A stretch of 64,000 nucleotides of DNA from Nemertoderma westbladi. Its lineage: Eukaryota; Animalia; Xenacoelomorpha. Below, in pieces: positions 1-12,240 of the stretch. Positions within the stretch are counted from its first letter, which is position 1, and every line of letters begins with the position of its first letter. The stretch lies in assembly GCA_032718475.1 (NCBI GenBank), contig JAUCBJ010007169.1, positions 62,001 to 126,000 of the forward strand, given 5' to 3'. The notes under the pieces were generated by a model that had not been told where the DNA came from, searched no databases, and saw only the letters and a list, made by a program, of their open reading frames with translations. The position numbers and the translations under genes are program-made.

Positions 1-3000
1 TCAACTAAGTTCATATTGTGTTACATACTTGAAATCTTTGCATGGCCAATTTTCCATCAGTTTTCCAACAAATCACTATAAAGTGGATGAATAACTACAC
101 GGTGCAAACTTAATTAAGTTAAACGCCTGTAGCTAACAATTTAATTCGAAATTAAAATTCTGGCGCAGCCTCTAGGTCGTTTTCCAGGGCTCCTAGCGCT
201 TTGTGTTGAAACATTTCCATGATATTTTCATGATTTCCAGAGATAAACATGATACAACTAAACTAAACAAGATATAAAAGTAATTACCAGCTGATTACTG
301 TAACCTGTAAAACAAAAGTCAAAAGATAAAATATATAAATATTATTTACTATTATTACAATTTAGCAATTAATGTAATGCCTTATATTTTATTATTTATT
401 ATAGTTCCAGTAGTGGATAATCAATTATACCGTTTCGAAGAATTACACTTATAAAAGAAATTGTAGAAATTAATAATTATAAGATATTATTTATGTATTT
501 TATCTTTATTGTCTTTGACTTTAGTCTTTTTTCTGGATAGTGTGAAAGCGGCCTTTTAAGATTATTGTAGAAAATTTGTGGGGAGGGGGTATATATTATA
601 TATACCAGGAAACATATTATATTCTTAGATAAGATACTTAAGCTAGAGATACATATATCTATATCTCTATTAGACAAGATATATTATAAGACACTATATT
701 GATATGGTTAGTTACATAGTTATTAAGTTAGGCTATAGAGTAATTATAAAACAGAATATTTGTTAACTACTTTAGATTTTACTTACTGCAACCATAAATC
801 TGGTGGACTTACTTATTTATTTATGCATAAAATATAAAATTTAAAAATAATATCCCAAAATTATTAGCTTCGTATATTAAGTTTTACATCACATGAACAA
901 CATACACACAATACCAGGAAATGTTCACAAAACGAAAAGTAAAATATGCCTTCGCATTCTGCCAATATTATTTATTGGCTAATATAATTTCAAGCGAAGT
1001 TACAGTTATCATATATTCTTGGAAATGGAAAAGTGAACTTTGGCGAGTAGGCCTAATGTTTACCAATTGATAAGATTACTGTATAGTCCTGGCTTTGCAG
1101 TTACAGTAGTGTGATATAATATTGTGAAAGGGAAAGTCCACTGTAATTCTACTATTACTGTAAAATATGTATAACATTATAATATTTAGTATTGTTATAT
1201 AGATATTTAATTGTAGATATCGTATCACCAAATTATTAGAAAAAAACTTTAATTAAATTAACGACATTTTATCTTTTCAAGGTAATATGTAGGCCTATCT
1301 GTAGGTATTTCTCTTTCTAAATTTCTCAAACACCGTACAGATTTTGTGATAGAATCGTTCAATTTAAATATTTGTGTCTCATACCTGATCCTCGTGCTGC
1401 GTGAAGTCCCCACGAACGTGTTCCTTCTGTCAGCGACGTTATACAATGAATAGTCATTGGTGGTTTTGCGCAGAATTTATTCATTAGTTCTCCTAAGATA
1501 TCAAAAAATAAGGTAATAGTCTGATCTCAATATTGTATACTACAGAGAATGAGAATATGGTTTGATAAATTGAGAAAAATTACATCCCTTCTATTAAGTA
1601 ATCCCCATTTAATTACCGTTCACCGCTACTTTTATGTATTCCAATTACATTGTCGAAAAAGTCACTACGTGGCAACATCACCGATTAGAAATAGTAATCG
1701 GTGCAAGGGCGCTACATATCCTGTAATTATTGTAACTATTAAAGTGAAGATGTATGGATAAAATACCTCAGGGTTCTATGGTGATTGATGACTATGATTA
1801 GGGTGCGCCCAGGTCCATGAAGTCTTTTCAAAACTAGAATTTTCTTTACTTAATTGCGGATCTTACCAATTAAGAAGTGATGTTTCCTGTATTAAGTTGT
1901 AGCTGTCTTTGCAGGAGTAAGAATCGTTCTGAGCTCTTGCTACACACATAACTCGTCTACACAATATTATATTATTAGGAAGGGAAAATTGCTGGAGATT
2001 ATAAGCTTTATAATAAAAATAACATAAGTTTATAATCGATTAATTTCCCACCTTGGAGGAGAAATAGTTGAGTATTAACATTAACATTTCTTCTCCGTTG
2101 TCGTGGTTATTCATAAACATTATTAGGAATATTTAGAAAATATAGTTATAACACATAGTTTTTATTCCAAAATTGTAACATTACTCAACGCCGTTAGTAT
2201 TAACAGCGAATTGTTATTTAGCACTTTACAACTTTAGAGCACATATCAGCATGAGCCTGTACATTTAGTGATATATTATTTTGTTGTAATGTCCCAACAG
2301 AGCGAATTTACAGAGCATCCGTTCAATGCAATTGAACCGGAAACTTGGGATCGCCATGGTTACCACATAAACATTAATTTGTATTTATTATTAATTGCCT
2401 GACAGCCAGGCAGTAGCTACCGGTATCACCCCCGGTACAATTATCCGTGTCCCCGTGGGTCTGGGAATGACATATTCTATTAACATGACACCAAATGCCA
2501 CCATAATTATAAGCTAACTTATTTATAACATAATATATATGTCATTTTTACATTTATTTATACAGCAACTAATTTAATTTGTGTTGATTCTATCACTTAC
2601 AACCATTTCGTAATTTTAAAATTTCGGAATAAAACTACATACTTACTTGTTGCAAAGTACTTTACTGTAGTGTTCTGATCCTCGTGGATTTATTTTCACT
2701 CACTCATCACTAAGTTCGTTAGTGTAGAAAAGCCACTCGGATCAGCACACTGTAAAGTGCTACTTTACACACGGGTAATTAAATAGTTATTAGTCACGGC
2801 CATCTGACCACCTACTGACCTACACATTTGTAGCTTTTTTTGGGCACATCATTGCAAATCTAGGTTGGATCGAACTTGTGACCACCAGGGTGGAATTCTG
2901 ACGATCTATCCAATCCGCTTGCGGCTCAGGCGGTGATACTATGTGATACTTTGTGTATCAGCAATTTACGTCGTCATGGCCTCCCATCTGTCAATAGTGT

Positions 3001-4007
3001 CATGAAATTTACGTCCTTATGGCCCCCCTTGTGTCAAGACACAATCACACTGCGTTCAATCCGCCTTTAACAACCACGTCATTTAATCGCGTCTTTACCA
3101 ATATTATATAATTATAATTGGTATTTTGGGTGAAGGAGTGGTTTATTATTATTATAATTTTCTGTATTTCAAAATGCATAAATTCTCGCTTTTTGAATAT
3201 ACATTTCTGGTGCAACAAACCAGCATTTTATATAAGTATAATCCTCTGTATTATGTTCTAGAATGGAATATACGGGTTTAATACCTTCCTCAAATAAATC
3301 ATTTATCAACTATATCTGATTAATCTTCGTAATGTTAAATATTTTTATTACAACTGCCTCGCCCGACAACCTTATGATCCTCGTAACTTCAGTCGAACTC
3401 ACTGACTACGTTCGTCCATGTACTGGGATATGTAAAGTCCCGCTTCACACTATATTGTAACATATTATTATATAAAAATACTAATTACGCTGTTCAGTGA
3501 TACATTAATTTAGCGAGTGCAACTATGATTGAAAAAAACACAAGTCACTTTGACGTGATGAATACATTTTTCATTCATGTAAATTTGTCAAATAGTGGGA
3601 TCTCATCGAATAATAAAGGAAATAGTAATGTTTTGGAATATTAGTTAAATTCATACAATAATTTATAATATAAAATATGGCTGTGTTATGATAAGATTGA
3701 TTCTGATTTGAAAGAAAAGAAATGAGTACCAACACGAACTCAATATGCTCGCACGATACATGACTTTGAAAAACACCATAGAAATTGAAGCGAATTATCT
3801 AAGAACGTGAATCCCTTTCTTGGGATAATTTTCTCGCATTCTTTCATTTTATAGCTTCAATTGCTAGTGTTTTTCATAGAAAGTTAAATTACTATTTTTA
3901 TTCAATCTAGGAATATTAAACATTTGAGATGAAATAACAATTTTCGTTGGTAAATTATTCTATTGCAATTTGTAAGTTATTCCTTAATATTATTAAATGT
4001 GCTCGTT

Positions 4008-5357
4008 ATGGCCGTTGTTACTATATCTGAACACCACCGTAAACAGGGCAACCAGTTTTACGTATCTGCTACTGATAATTTAAGTCCAATTATTCAGAAA
4101 GATCGATTGACTAAGGCGACCTCTTTCTACTACAAAGCTTGGAACACAGCACTTAATAATAAGGAAAGGGCTTCTGCATCAAAAAATTATGGTCTCTCGT
4201 CTTGGAGACTTGGAAAACTCACCCGTCTCACCACTTCAGACCTCGAACTTACCAAATACTACTTTATTGATGCACTTAGTTACATGATCAAGGCTGAGAA
4301 ATGTGGACGGAAGGACGGAAATTCAGTAGTTTGGTTGCAAGAAGTAAATGACCATATAGATACTATTTTAAGTGATGCAAAGGAGAGCTTTCTGAGTAAA
4401 GAACATGGTATAGCCTTAAAGGTAACATTTATAACACAATTGATAGAATCATTGGGTGATAATATTAGTAGAAAAAGTACATTATATTTGGAAATATCAG
4501 AGTTGTATTTCAAAGATGGTGTTTGTTTCTTAGCTAATGGAGATTTTAAAAAAGCCCTTAACAGCATGTGCGAGTGTTACCAACCAATAGAGGAAGCAAA
4601 ACGAAATTTTACTTTTGATGTTACTTACAATGTACTTATACAGGAAATATCTGAAATGGAAGATGATGTGTTTACACATAAGTGCATAGCGGAATCTATG
4701 CAGATGAAAGAAAAGGGAGATTCTATAATTGCACAAGTCATTAAGAAAGAGGAGAACCTCAATGTAACTCTTGTTTATGACGCCATGGATTGTTACAGGC
4801 AATCTATTATTCTAACGCGAGAGAGAGATATTGAGAATGAAGCTATAGCACACAGTCGCTTAGGGGGTGTTTACCATGATATAATGAAAATCCCAAATAA
4901 GGCGAAAGAGTATTATTTGAGAGCGATTGAATTGGCTCATACCCTTCAACCAAGAAATTTTAACACTGATCCATGGTTTATGAAAGCGAAACAAGTTGTT
5001 GAAATGTATCAGAAAAAAGCAGATGAAGAAAGCCGGAGTTTATATGAAGAAAGTAGAAAGGAGTTCATAAGTGCGCAGACGGATGAATTGGAAAAGATAA
5101 AGAAGGCTTCAGAGAAAGATGCTGTGGTGTTTTTGGAGTATTTGTATAAGACTCACCCGCCAAAGGATAAAGCTCACACAATGGAGAAAAAGCCAACAGA
5201 AATGACGTCAGAATTTAAGAAGAAAGCGTTGGTCAAAGCGATTTTGCATTACCACCCTGACAAACAGAATGCTCAAGCTCATGGTATGTTGTGGAAAGTA
5301 CTTTGTGAAGAAATTACTAAATATCTTAATGTGAAGTATGAATACTTTAAGGATTAA
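4008..5357 (+). CDS. Intronless helical TPR-like repeat protein with C-terminal J-domain-like (HPD) module, 449 aa
   Basis: Uninterrupted ORF from the first ATG at 4008. TPR-like segments (EAIAHSRLGGVYHDIMKIPNKAKEYYLRAIEL; LYLEISELYFKDGVCFLANGDFKKAL). The C-terminus KKKALVKAILHYHPDKQ...LCEEITKYLN matches J-domain helix II-HPD-helix III. Confidence 0.8.
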   Translation: MAVVTISEHHRKQGNQFYVSATDNLSPIIQKDRLTKATSFYYKAWNTALNNKERASASKNYGLSSWRLGKLTRLTTSDLELTKYYFIDALSYMIKAEKCGRKDGNSVVWLQEVNDHIDTILSDAKESFLSKEHGIALKVTFITQLIESLGDNISRKSTLYLEISELYFKDGVCFLANGDFKKALNSMCECYQPIEEAKRNFTFDVTYNVLIQEISEMEDDVFTHKCIAESMQMKEKGDSIIAQVIKKEENLNVTLVYDAMDCYRQSIILTRERDIENEAIAHSRLGGVYHDIMKIPNKAKEYYLRAIELAHTLQPRNFNTDPWFMKAKQVVEMYQKKADEESRSLYEESRKEFISAQTDELEKIKKASEKDAVVFLEYLYKTHPPKDKAHTMEKKPTEMTSEFKKKALVKAILHYHPDKQNAQAHGMLWKVLCEEITKYLNVKYEYFKD

Positions 5358-5589
5358 TCAATTAGACAATAATTTTAATAATATAATTATTAAATATAAT
5401 AAATATATATAATTACTACATATTGTACGTTTATGGTAATTACATAATAAATAATATACAACTAATATAACAATAAGCTACATTTTCAGAATAATATTGC
5501 GAAATTGGTAACATTTTTTCTTTTAAATAAATACCCCTTTATTGTCCTCAATTATTTTCCATTTATATAATTCTAATTATTAATTCCAA

Positions 5590-6090
5590 GAAGCGAAGTC
5601 CTTGGAATACGCAAGGGGCAGGCATGATGGGCCACAATGGAATTGGCTGTCCAAAACCAGTAGTCTTCCGCTCCCATATTGGAGTCCATGCGGGCTCTAA
5701 CAGTATAATGCGGGTACAGTACAATGCACATTTCTCCAACCAGACATTATATAACATTGGAGGTGTCTCATTGATTCCCCCAATCTTGAGACTTGAACAA
5801 AGCCGCCTCCGCTTTGCAGGCATTGCTTTCGCCGTGAGGACCAGCCTGAGCACAAGCTTGTGCATTGGCAGCCTCATGGAGAAAATAAGCAAGGTGGACA
5901 CTGGACAGAGGACAGCCCTTGATTTTCTTAAAGACACCTCTTAAAAGGCAGTGCCTATAAGATGCGGATAATCTCATGATAGTCACTGGGGATAGGGAGT
6001 TGAGGCCGCGCATTTCGTCGACAAGCCGGCGTAGCACTCTTTTAATGTATGCTATATCACAACAAGCCAATTATAGATTACATGGTGGTT
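5590..6090 (+). mobile_element. RTE-like LINE (family B) 3' fragment, decayed
   Basis: Shares ccaaccagacattatataacattggaggtgtctcattg and downstream sequence with the RT-bearing copies at 24.8-25.9 kb and 27.2-28.2 kb. Confidence 0.7.
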
Positions 6091-6109
6091 GCATAACTAT
6101 TTTTTTGAA

Positions 6110-7170
6110 CATAATTTTTTAATTCACTTAAACGATGCTATAAATTCATAATTTCACGTTTTCTGGGGCGCTGATTCTAATGGAATACATTTCTAAATCG
6201 CCAGATCATTGCTACTCGTATTTTTCGGCGTAATATTGCAAATTTTGGTGCTAGCACCAAATTTTGTAACCATCACCAAAAAGTACAAATTTGAGTTTCC
6301 GGGTCCATTTTTATTGATTCCAACGTATTCAGGATCCTCAAAAACCCGTATAACACAATAAACAAGATGATACTATCCATTTACAAAAATTTGGTGCTGG
6401 CACAACAATATTCATCCACCGGCGAAAAATAAAAGTTTGAAAACTCTTATGCAATTTTTACTTATTCCATTAAATTCAGAACCCTCACAATTATAATTAA
6501 TTATTATAATAATTAATATAATTAATAATTAATAATTATTAATTTCATTGAATTCAGAACCGCAATAAACCTCTAAAACGCGAGAAATAACTTCACACAA
6601 ACAATTTAACTATTGAATGGATTTTCTAAATTTCTTGCACGCACCAAATTTTTCACACAGCACCAAAAAATACAAGTTTGATACACCTGGTGCAACTCGT
6701 ATATATTCTATCGAAACCAGAACTCCAAAAAACCCTATTGCGCAAAAAACAGGGTTCAAACAATCAATTTAAATTTTAACAATCTTCAAAAATTCGTGCT
6801 GGCACCAAAATTTGGCACCCCCGCGATAAAATATCAAGTATGGAATTTCCAAATTGATTTATATGAATTCCATCTAATTGCAAACAACAAAAAACCGGTG
6901 TAAATAAAATATAATATATATATAATATATATATATAAATCTATATTTCATGAAATGTAATTTTCAAAAAACGTCTCAAAAGTGCCTAAAGTAGGGTTAA
7001 AAAATGGTTCGATAATTCGAAAACTTCCCAATTTCTTTGAAAACCGTTTCCCTATTAGGAAAACAATAGATTTTTAGGAAAATTTATAAAATTTCAGATC
7101 CCCAACTGTGTTTGTTTCAGAGTTATCTCAAAAAAACACGTTGGGGGGGGGGGGGGGGGGGGGGGGTTAT
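6110..7170 (+). mobile_element. Partial copy of the TTAA-flanked (piggyBac-like) non-autonomous element
   Basis: Collinear similarity to about 9580-10700 (ggggcgctgattctaatggaatacattt...cagatcccaactg), with an internal deletion. Confidence 0.8.
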
Positions 7171-8088
7171 TCTAAGTTTTATTTTTGCCAAAACCGTCTA
7201 TCTCAACTACTTCTGTCAATTATAGTAAATTCCAAAACCGTCTATCTTTACTTGGATTGATTTGGGATTAAACACTAAGTTTGAATTTATAGTTTCCTTT
7301 ATGGCGGAACCATTTGTCTGTGTATTCTATTCTATTTGTGTATTGTGTCTAATTTTATTCGGTTGGGATCGATATCTAATAATAATTATTCATTTTTATT
7401 TGCCGAGACAGTCTATCTCGATTATCTACAATACAATAATGACTGTAAACGTGCCTTATAGCCTACTACAATTATGCTTTTACTAGTACAGTACCTAGTT
7501 TTACTAGTTTCCTAAAATTTAAAGGGCTATCCAACATCGCAAACGCCATTATAGCTATGTTAATTGTGGGGCTCTGGTCACTTTCTGGCACCCATCTCTA
7601 GAATTTCTCGCGCTAAAATTTTTAAAATTTTTTATGGCTAACCAAAATTAATTTATTTGGGGTATATCGCGTTTTTTTGATGCTGATGACGATTGCAGTA
7701 CTCAAATAATGTAACTTTCTAGAAATTTTTTCTCAGCATGAAATTAAGCTGATTTTATGACCTTTATTGAATTTTACAATTTGGTTTTTGTGATGCTGAA
7801 CATGAATAGGAAACTGAAATATATCGTACCTTGTTGATATGTATATTGATAGTATATTTGGATATGTGTCAATGTGTGGCACAAAAAAAAATAGGTATAG
7901 AACAAATTTCTTGGCCTTTGAAAGTTTTATGGTAGAATTGCATTTTTCATCCCAACAAACCAGCACTAAAAACGACATATTGGGTTATCATGAAAGATTT
8001 TTAACGAGTCGTATCATGATCAGCGACCTCGAAAACCCGTATACCTTCAGAATTATCAAACCAAACATACCATTATTAGTATGTTAAC

Positions 8089-8425
8089 CAATATTCAGTA
8101 TAATATAGTTATTAATATTCAGTATAATAAAGTTATTAATATTCAGTATAATAAAGTTATTACTATTCAGTATAATAAAGTTATTAATATTCAGTATAAT
8201 ATAGTTATTAATATTCAGTATAATATAGTTATTATTATTCAGTATAATATAGTTATTAATATTCAGTATAATATAGTTAATAATATTCAGTATAATAAAG
8301 TTATTAATATTCAGTATAATAAAGTTATTAATATTCAGTATAATAAAGTTATTAATATTCAGTATAATAAAGTTATTAATATTCAGTATAATATAGTTAT
8401 TAATATTCAGAATAATATAGTTAAT
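8089..8425. repeat. 24-bp minisatellite (aatattcagtataat[a/t]aagttatt-like), about 14 copies
   Basis: Directly visible tandem repeat; explains the NIQYNKVI pseudo-ORFs. Confidence 0.95.
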
Positions 8426-9180
8426 AAAACTCAAAATATATTTTAAACTTGTAAATTACAACTAAAACAGTTTATGATGCTCATGCAACAATTAAGTTCC
8501 ATTGCAGACCCATTTGTACCTCAGCTAGTACGAGTTCTTCTCTGGTGGATAAAGTGCATCCTTCACCCTGCAGATAGGGGGCTATCTGCAGGGTGAAGAA
8601 TGCACTTTATTCTTATACCTTTTCAACACTGAAACCCAATAAGAGTCTGATGTAGCCCGGTATAGGGGTTCCCAGCCATTTCATTGGCTGCAATATCTAT
8701 GTGATTATTTGCAATATGAGGCCTTTGTTTCCTCGTCTTTCATGGTATAAGGATTGATCGCCTATATAATACACAGTGCGGCTTTTGGCAAATGTGTGAC
8801 ACAGTTAGTTCGTAAGGTAAGAAATACACAAATTAAAATATTTCATGGGTGGCTTTTAAAATTAATATTATATAAATAATTATTTAAAACTTCAAAAAGT
8901 CATATTACTTAATATCAACACATATACCCCCAAACATATAAACATGTTTATTTTGCTCCATTAGTATCAAAATGTTCGCGAAAATAAAATTTTTTTTAAA
9001 ATTTCATGGGTTGCTTTTAATATTAATGCTATTTAATTATTTATTTCATACTAAATAATATTTATTACATTTATCAAAGGATATTTGTCCATACAATACA
9101 TTCAAATCATTATATTTTCTTCCAATCGTATTATTATGGTAATATAACAAAATTTAGATAGTTTCATGGGTGGCCTTTAA

Positions 9181-10734
9181 CCCTATTAGTACCGGGCTAT
9201 AAAATGCTGTACAAATACCGGGGGGGGGGTCATATTGACCCCTCCCTCTAAAATCTACAAATATTAACGAAAACGTCTGATTTTTTGTTTGTACTTAGGT
9301 ATCACTAGTCTGGATCCGACCGAAAAAAAAAATTTCGAAAAAATGCACTGGGGTGGTAATATTGCAGCACCAAAATTACAAGTAGTGCACAATTTTCACA
9401 AAATTTGAAAGTTACATTTTTCAGCTAATTGTTTTTCAATACAGGTTTTCTGGGGCGCAAAATACATTGGAAAATATTTAAAAATGATATGATTACCATA
9501 AATGGCTGTTTAGTCCTCTATGCGTAGGAAAAAAGTGAAAAAAACAAGTAACCAGCACTTTTCAGTTAGAACACAAAATTTTTAATTCACATATACGATG
9601 CTATAATTTCACATTTTCAGGTTTTCTAGGGCGCTGATTCTAATGGAATACATTTCAAATATGCCAGATCATTGCTACCTGTATTTTTCGGCGTAATTTG
9701 GCAAATTTTGGTGCTAGCACCAAATTTCGTACACATCACCAAAAAGTACAAGTTTGCGATGTCCAGTGCTGTTTTTATTGATTCCATCGGATTCAGGACC
9801 CTCATAAACCTGTATAACGCAAGAAACAAGATGATACTATCTACTGATCAATTTACTCATTTTCCAAAATTTGGTGCTGGCACAACAATTTTCACCCACC
9901 GGCGAAAAATACAAGTTTGAAAACTCTTATGAAATTTTTACTGATTCCATTGAATTCAGAACCATAACAAACCCGTATAACGCAAGAAACAAGATGACAC
10001 AATCAATTGATATATTTGATGGTTTTCAAAATTTGGTGCTAGCACCACATTTTGCACCCACTTCCGAAAAATAAAAGTTTGAGATGTCTAGTTCGATAAT
10101 TATATACTCCATTGAATTCAGAACAGCCATAAACCTCTAAAATGCAAGAAATAAATTGTCACAAGCAATTTTATCTATTGAATGGGTTTTCAAAATTTCG
10201 TGCTAGCACCAAAATTTGCACACAGCACCGAAAAATACAAGTTTGATACCCTTGGTGCAACTCGTATATATTTCATCGAAACCAGAACCCCAAAAAACCC
10301 CAATTGCGTAAAAAACAAGTTTCAAACAATCAATTTACAAAATTGATATATTTCAAAATTTGGTGCTGGCACCAAAATTTGGCACCCGCCGAAAAAAACA
10401 AGTTTGAAATTTCTAAATCAATTTATATGAATTCCATCCAATTGCTAACACCAAAAAACCGGTATAATTCAAAAATAGAGATGTTACAAATCATATTTAA
10501 TGAAATGTAATTTTCAAAAAACGTCTCAAAAAAAGTGCCAAAAGTAGGGTTAAAAAATGGTGCTATAACTCGAAAACTACCCAATATTTTTGAAAACGGT
10601 TTTCACTACTAGGAAGACAAAAGATTTTTAGGAAAAGTCATAAAATTTCAGATTCCCAACTGCGTTTGTTTCAGAATTATAATAAAAAAACCACGGGGGG
10701 GGTCATATTGACCCCCCCCCCGGGTTTAATAGGG
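9181..10734 (+). mobile_element. Complete piggyBac-like non-autonomous element (1554 bp)
   Basis: TTAA at 9177-9180 and 10735-10738; termini CCCTATTA...TAATAGGG; subterminal palindrome gggggtcatattgacccc at both ends; internal repeats of about 162 bp. Confidence 0.9.
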
Positions 10735-11116
10735 TTAAAAGTACAACGTTTTAATTATGCTATTAATATTTAATATCATTAATTATTTTGAAATTATTAT
10801 TTTCAGAACTAATAATAGTTTATACGTGTGTCGAATTGTGTTCTTTGACAGCAAAATGTTGTTAATCCGATAATTGACCAAAACGTAGTTTAAGAATCTC
10901 ATACAGTAGTAGTTAATAAAGAATTATTTATAATTCTAAGATAATTATTATATTTGGCAAATTATGGTTTGGTGCAAGGTATGGCCTGGGGTTATTGGCT
11001 GGTATATAGACCAACAAAACCCCGAAAATACACATTTACCGGGATTGTATTTAACCATAATATTGACTAGGGCCTAATGTGAGATTCATAAATTCAGTTA
11101 TAGTTAATTATATTTA

Positions 11117-12154
11117 CTACTAGGTCGAGCGAACTCGGACAGTGGAAATGAGATCCTTCCAGGCTTCCCGATTCTCCATAGTTGTCGCAATTTCGTTTCT
11201 CCCAAGTTCAGTATCCCTTTCAAGTTGATCTATATATGTTATGGCAGGTCGTCCACGACTACGCTTTCCATGAGTTGGTTGCCAGAGAAGTAGATCTGGT
11301 ATGACCTCGTCTTTACTTCGCCAGCAGTGCCCACTGAATCTTAATCTGCGTTCACGGAGGGGGGTTGATACAGGTGGTATTGTACCATAAAGCTCGGCGT
11401 TTGTCATGTGTTGTCTCCAGCTGATGTATAGGGCTGCCCTTAGTAGTCTTGTGTAGCAACCATCAATTCGTTGTTCAAGTGATTTAGTCAGTGTCCAGGT
11501 CTCACCCCCGTATAAAAATACACTTTCCACTGTGGCTCGAAATAACTTAGTCTTCAGGTGCCTGGAGAGATCTGATTTCCAGATGGTATCCATTTTTGAT
11601 AGAGCTACCCAAGCCTTTGCTTTCCTAACTTCTATGTCCTTTTTGCTACTCTCTATCCATGATCCAAGGTACTGGAAGTCATCGACCTTCCTTAGTTGAT
11701 TATTATCAATGGTTGTCAAGTTTCCATGAACATTAAAGGTCATGAATTCGGTCTTGGTAGCATTTATATGCAATCCAACCTCCTTAGCAGCCCTCTCCAC
11801 TTTATTTAGTAGAAGCTGTGCATCTGCTAGCGTATTAGAGAGCAGGGCGATGTCATCCGCAAAGTCGGTGTCTGTGACTGTAGTTGTCGGATATCTACTA
11901 CTTCTGCGTTCTTGAAGTGTGAATCCCAGATCTTCACCCTTTGTGGCCGTCCTCATTGCGTAATCCAGCACAATTACAAATAGTAATGGTGCTAATGTGT
12001 CACCTTGCAGTACGCCAGCCAGGATTGAGAAAAACTCAGTTTCACCATCTGGTGAGAGTCCCTGCGCTTCTGTGTCACAATATAACAATCCAATGCCAGC
12101 AACAATTACTTCTGGTATTCCATAATCTCTTAGGATTTCAAGCATTTTACCTCA
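11117..12154 (-). mobile_element. 5'-truncated RTE-clade LINE (family A); RT C-terminal half still open (ORF 11120-12145)
   Basis: RT motifs GVLQGDTLAPLLF, DFADDIAL, FQYLGS; RTE-type tail RRLRFSGH...RGRP; 13-bp TSD ttaattatattta at 11104-11116 and 12155-12167. Confidence 0.93.
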
Positions 12155-12240
12155 TTAATTATATTTAAAAGCATCAAAAGCTGCCCATTTGCGAACTTTG
12201 AAAACGTTTAGATAGGCATGTTAAATATGTAACTGATCTA

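Noticed and set aside
3963-4007. Hydrophobic N-terminal extension resembling a signal peptide
   Set aside because: It depends on a TTG start; the first ATG is at 4008.
8081-8446. Asn/Ile-rich ORFs on both strands
   Set aside because: By-product of the 24-bp minisatellite.
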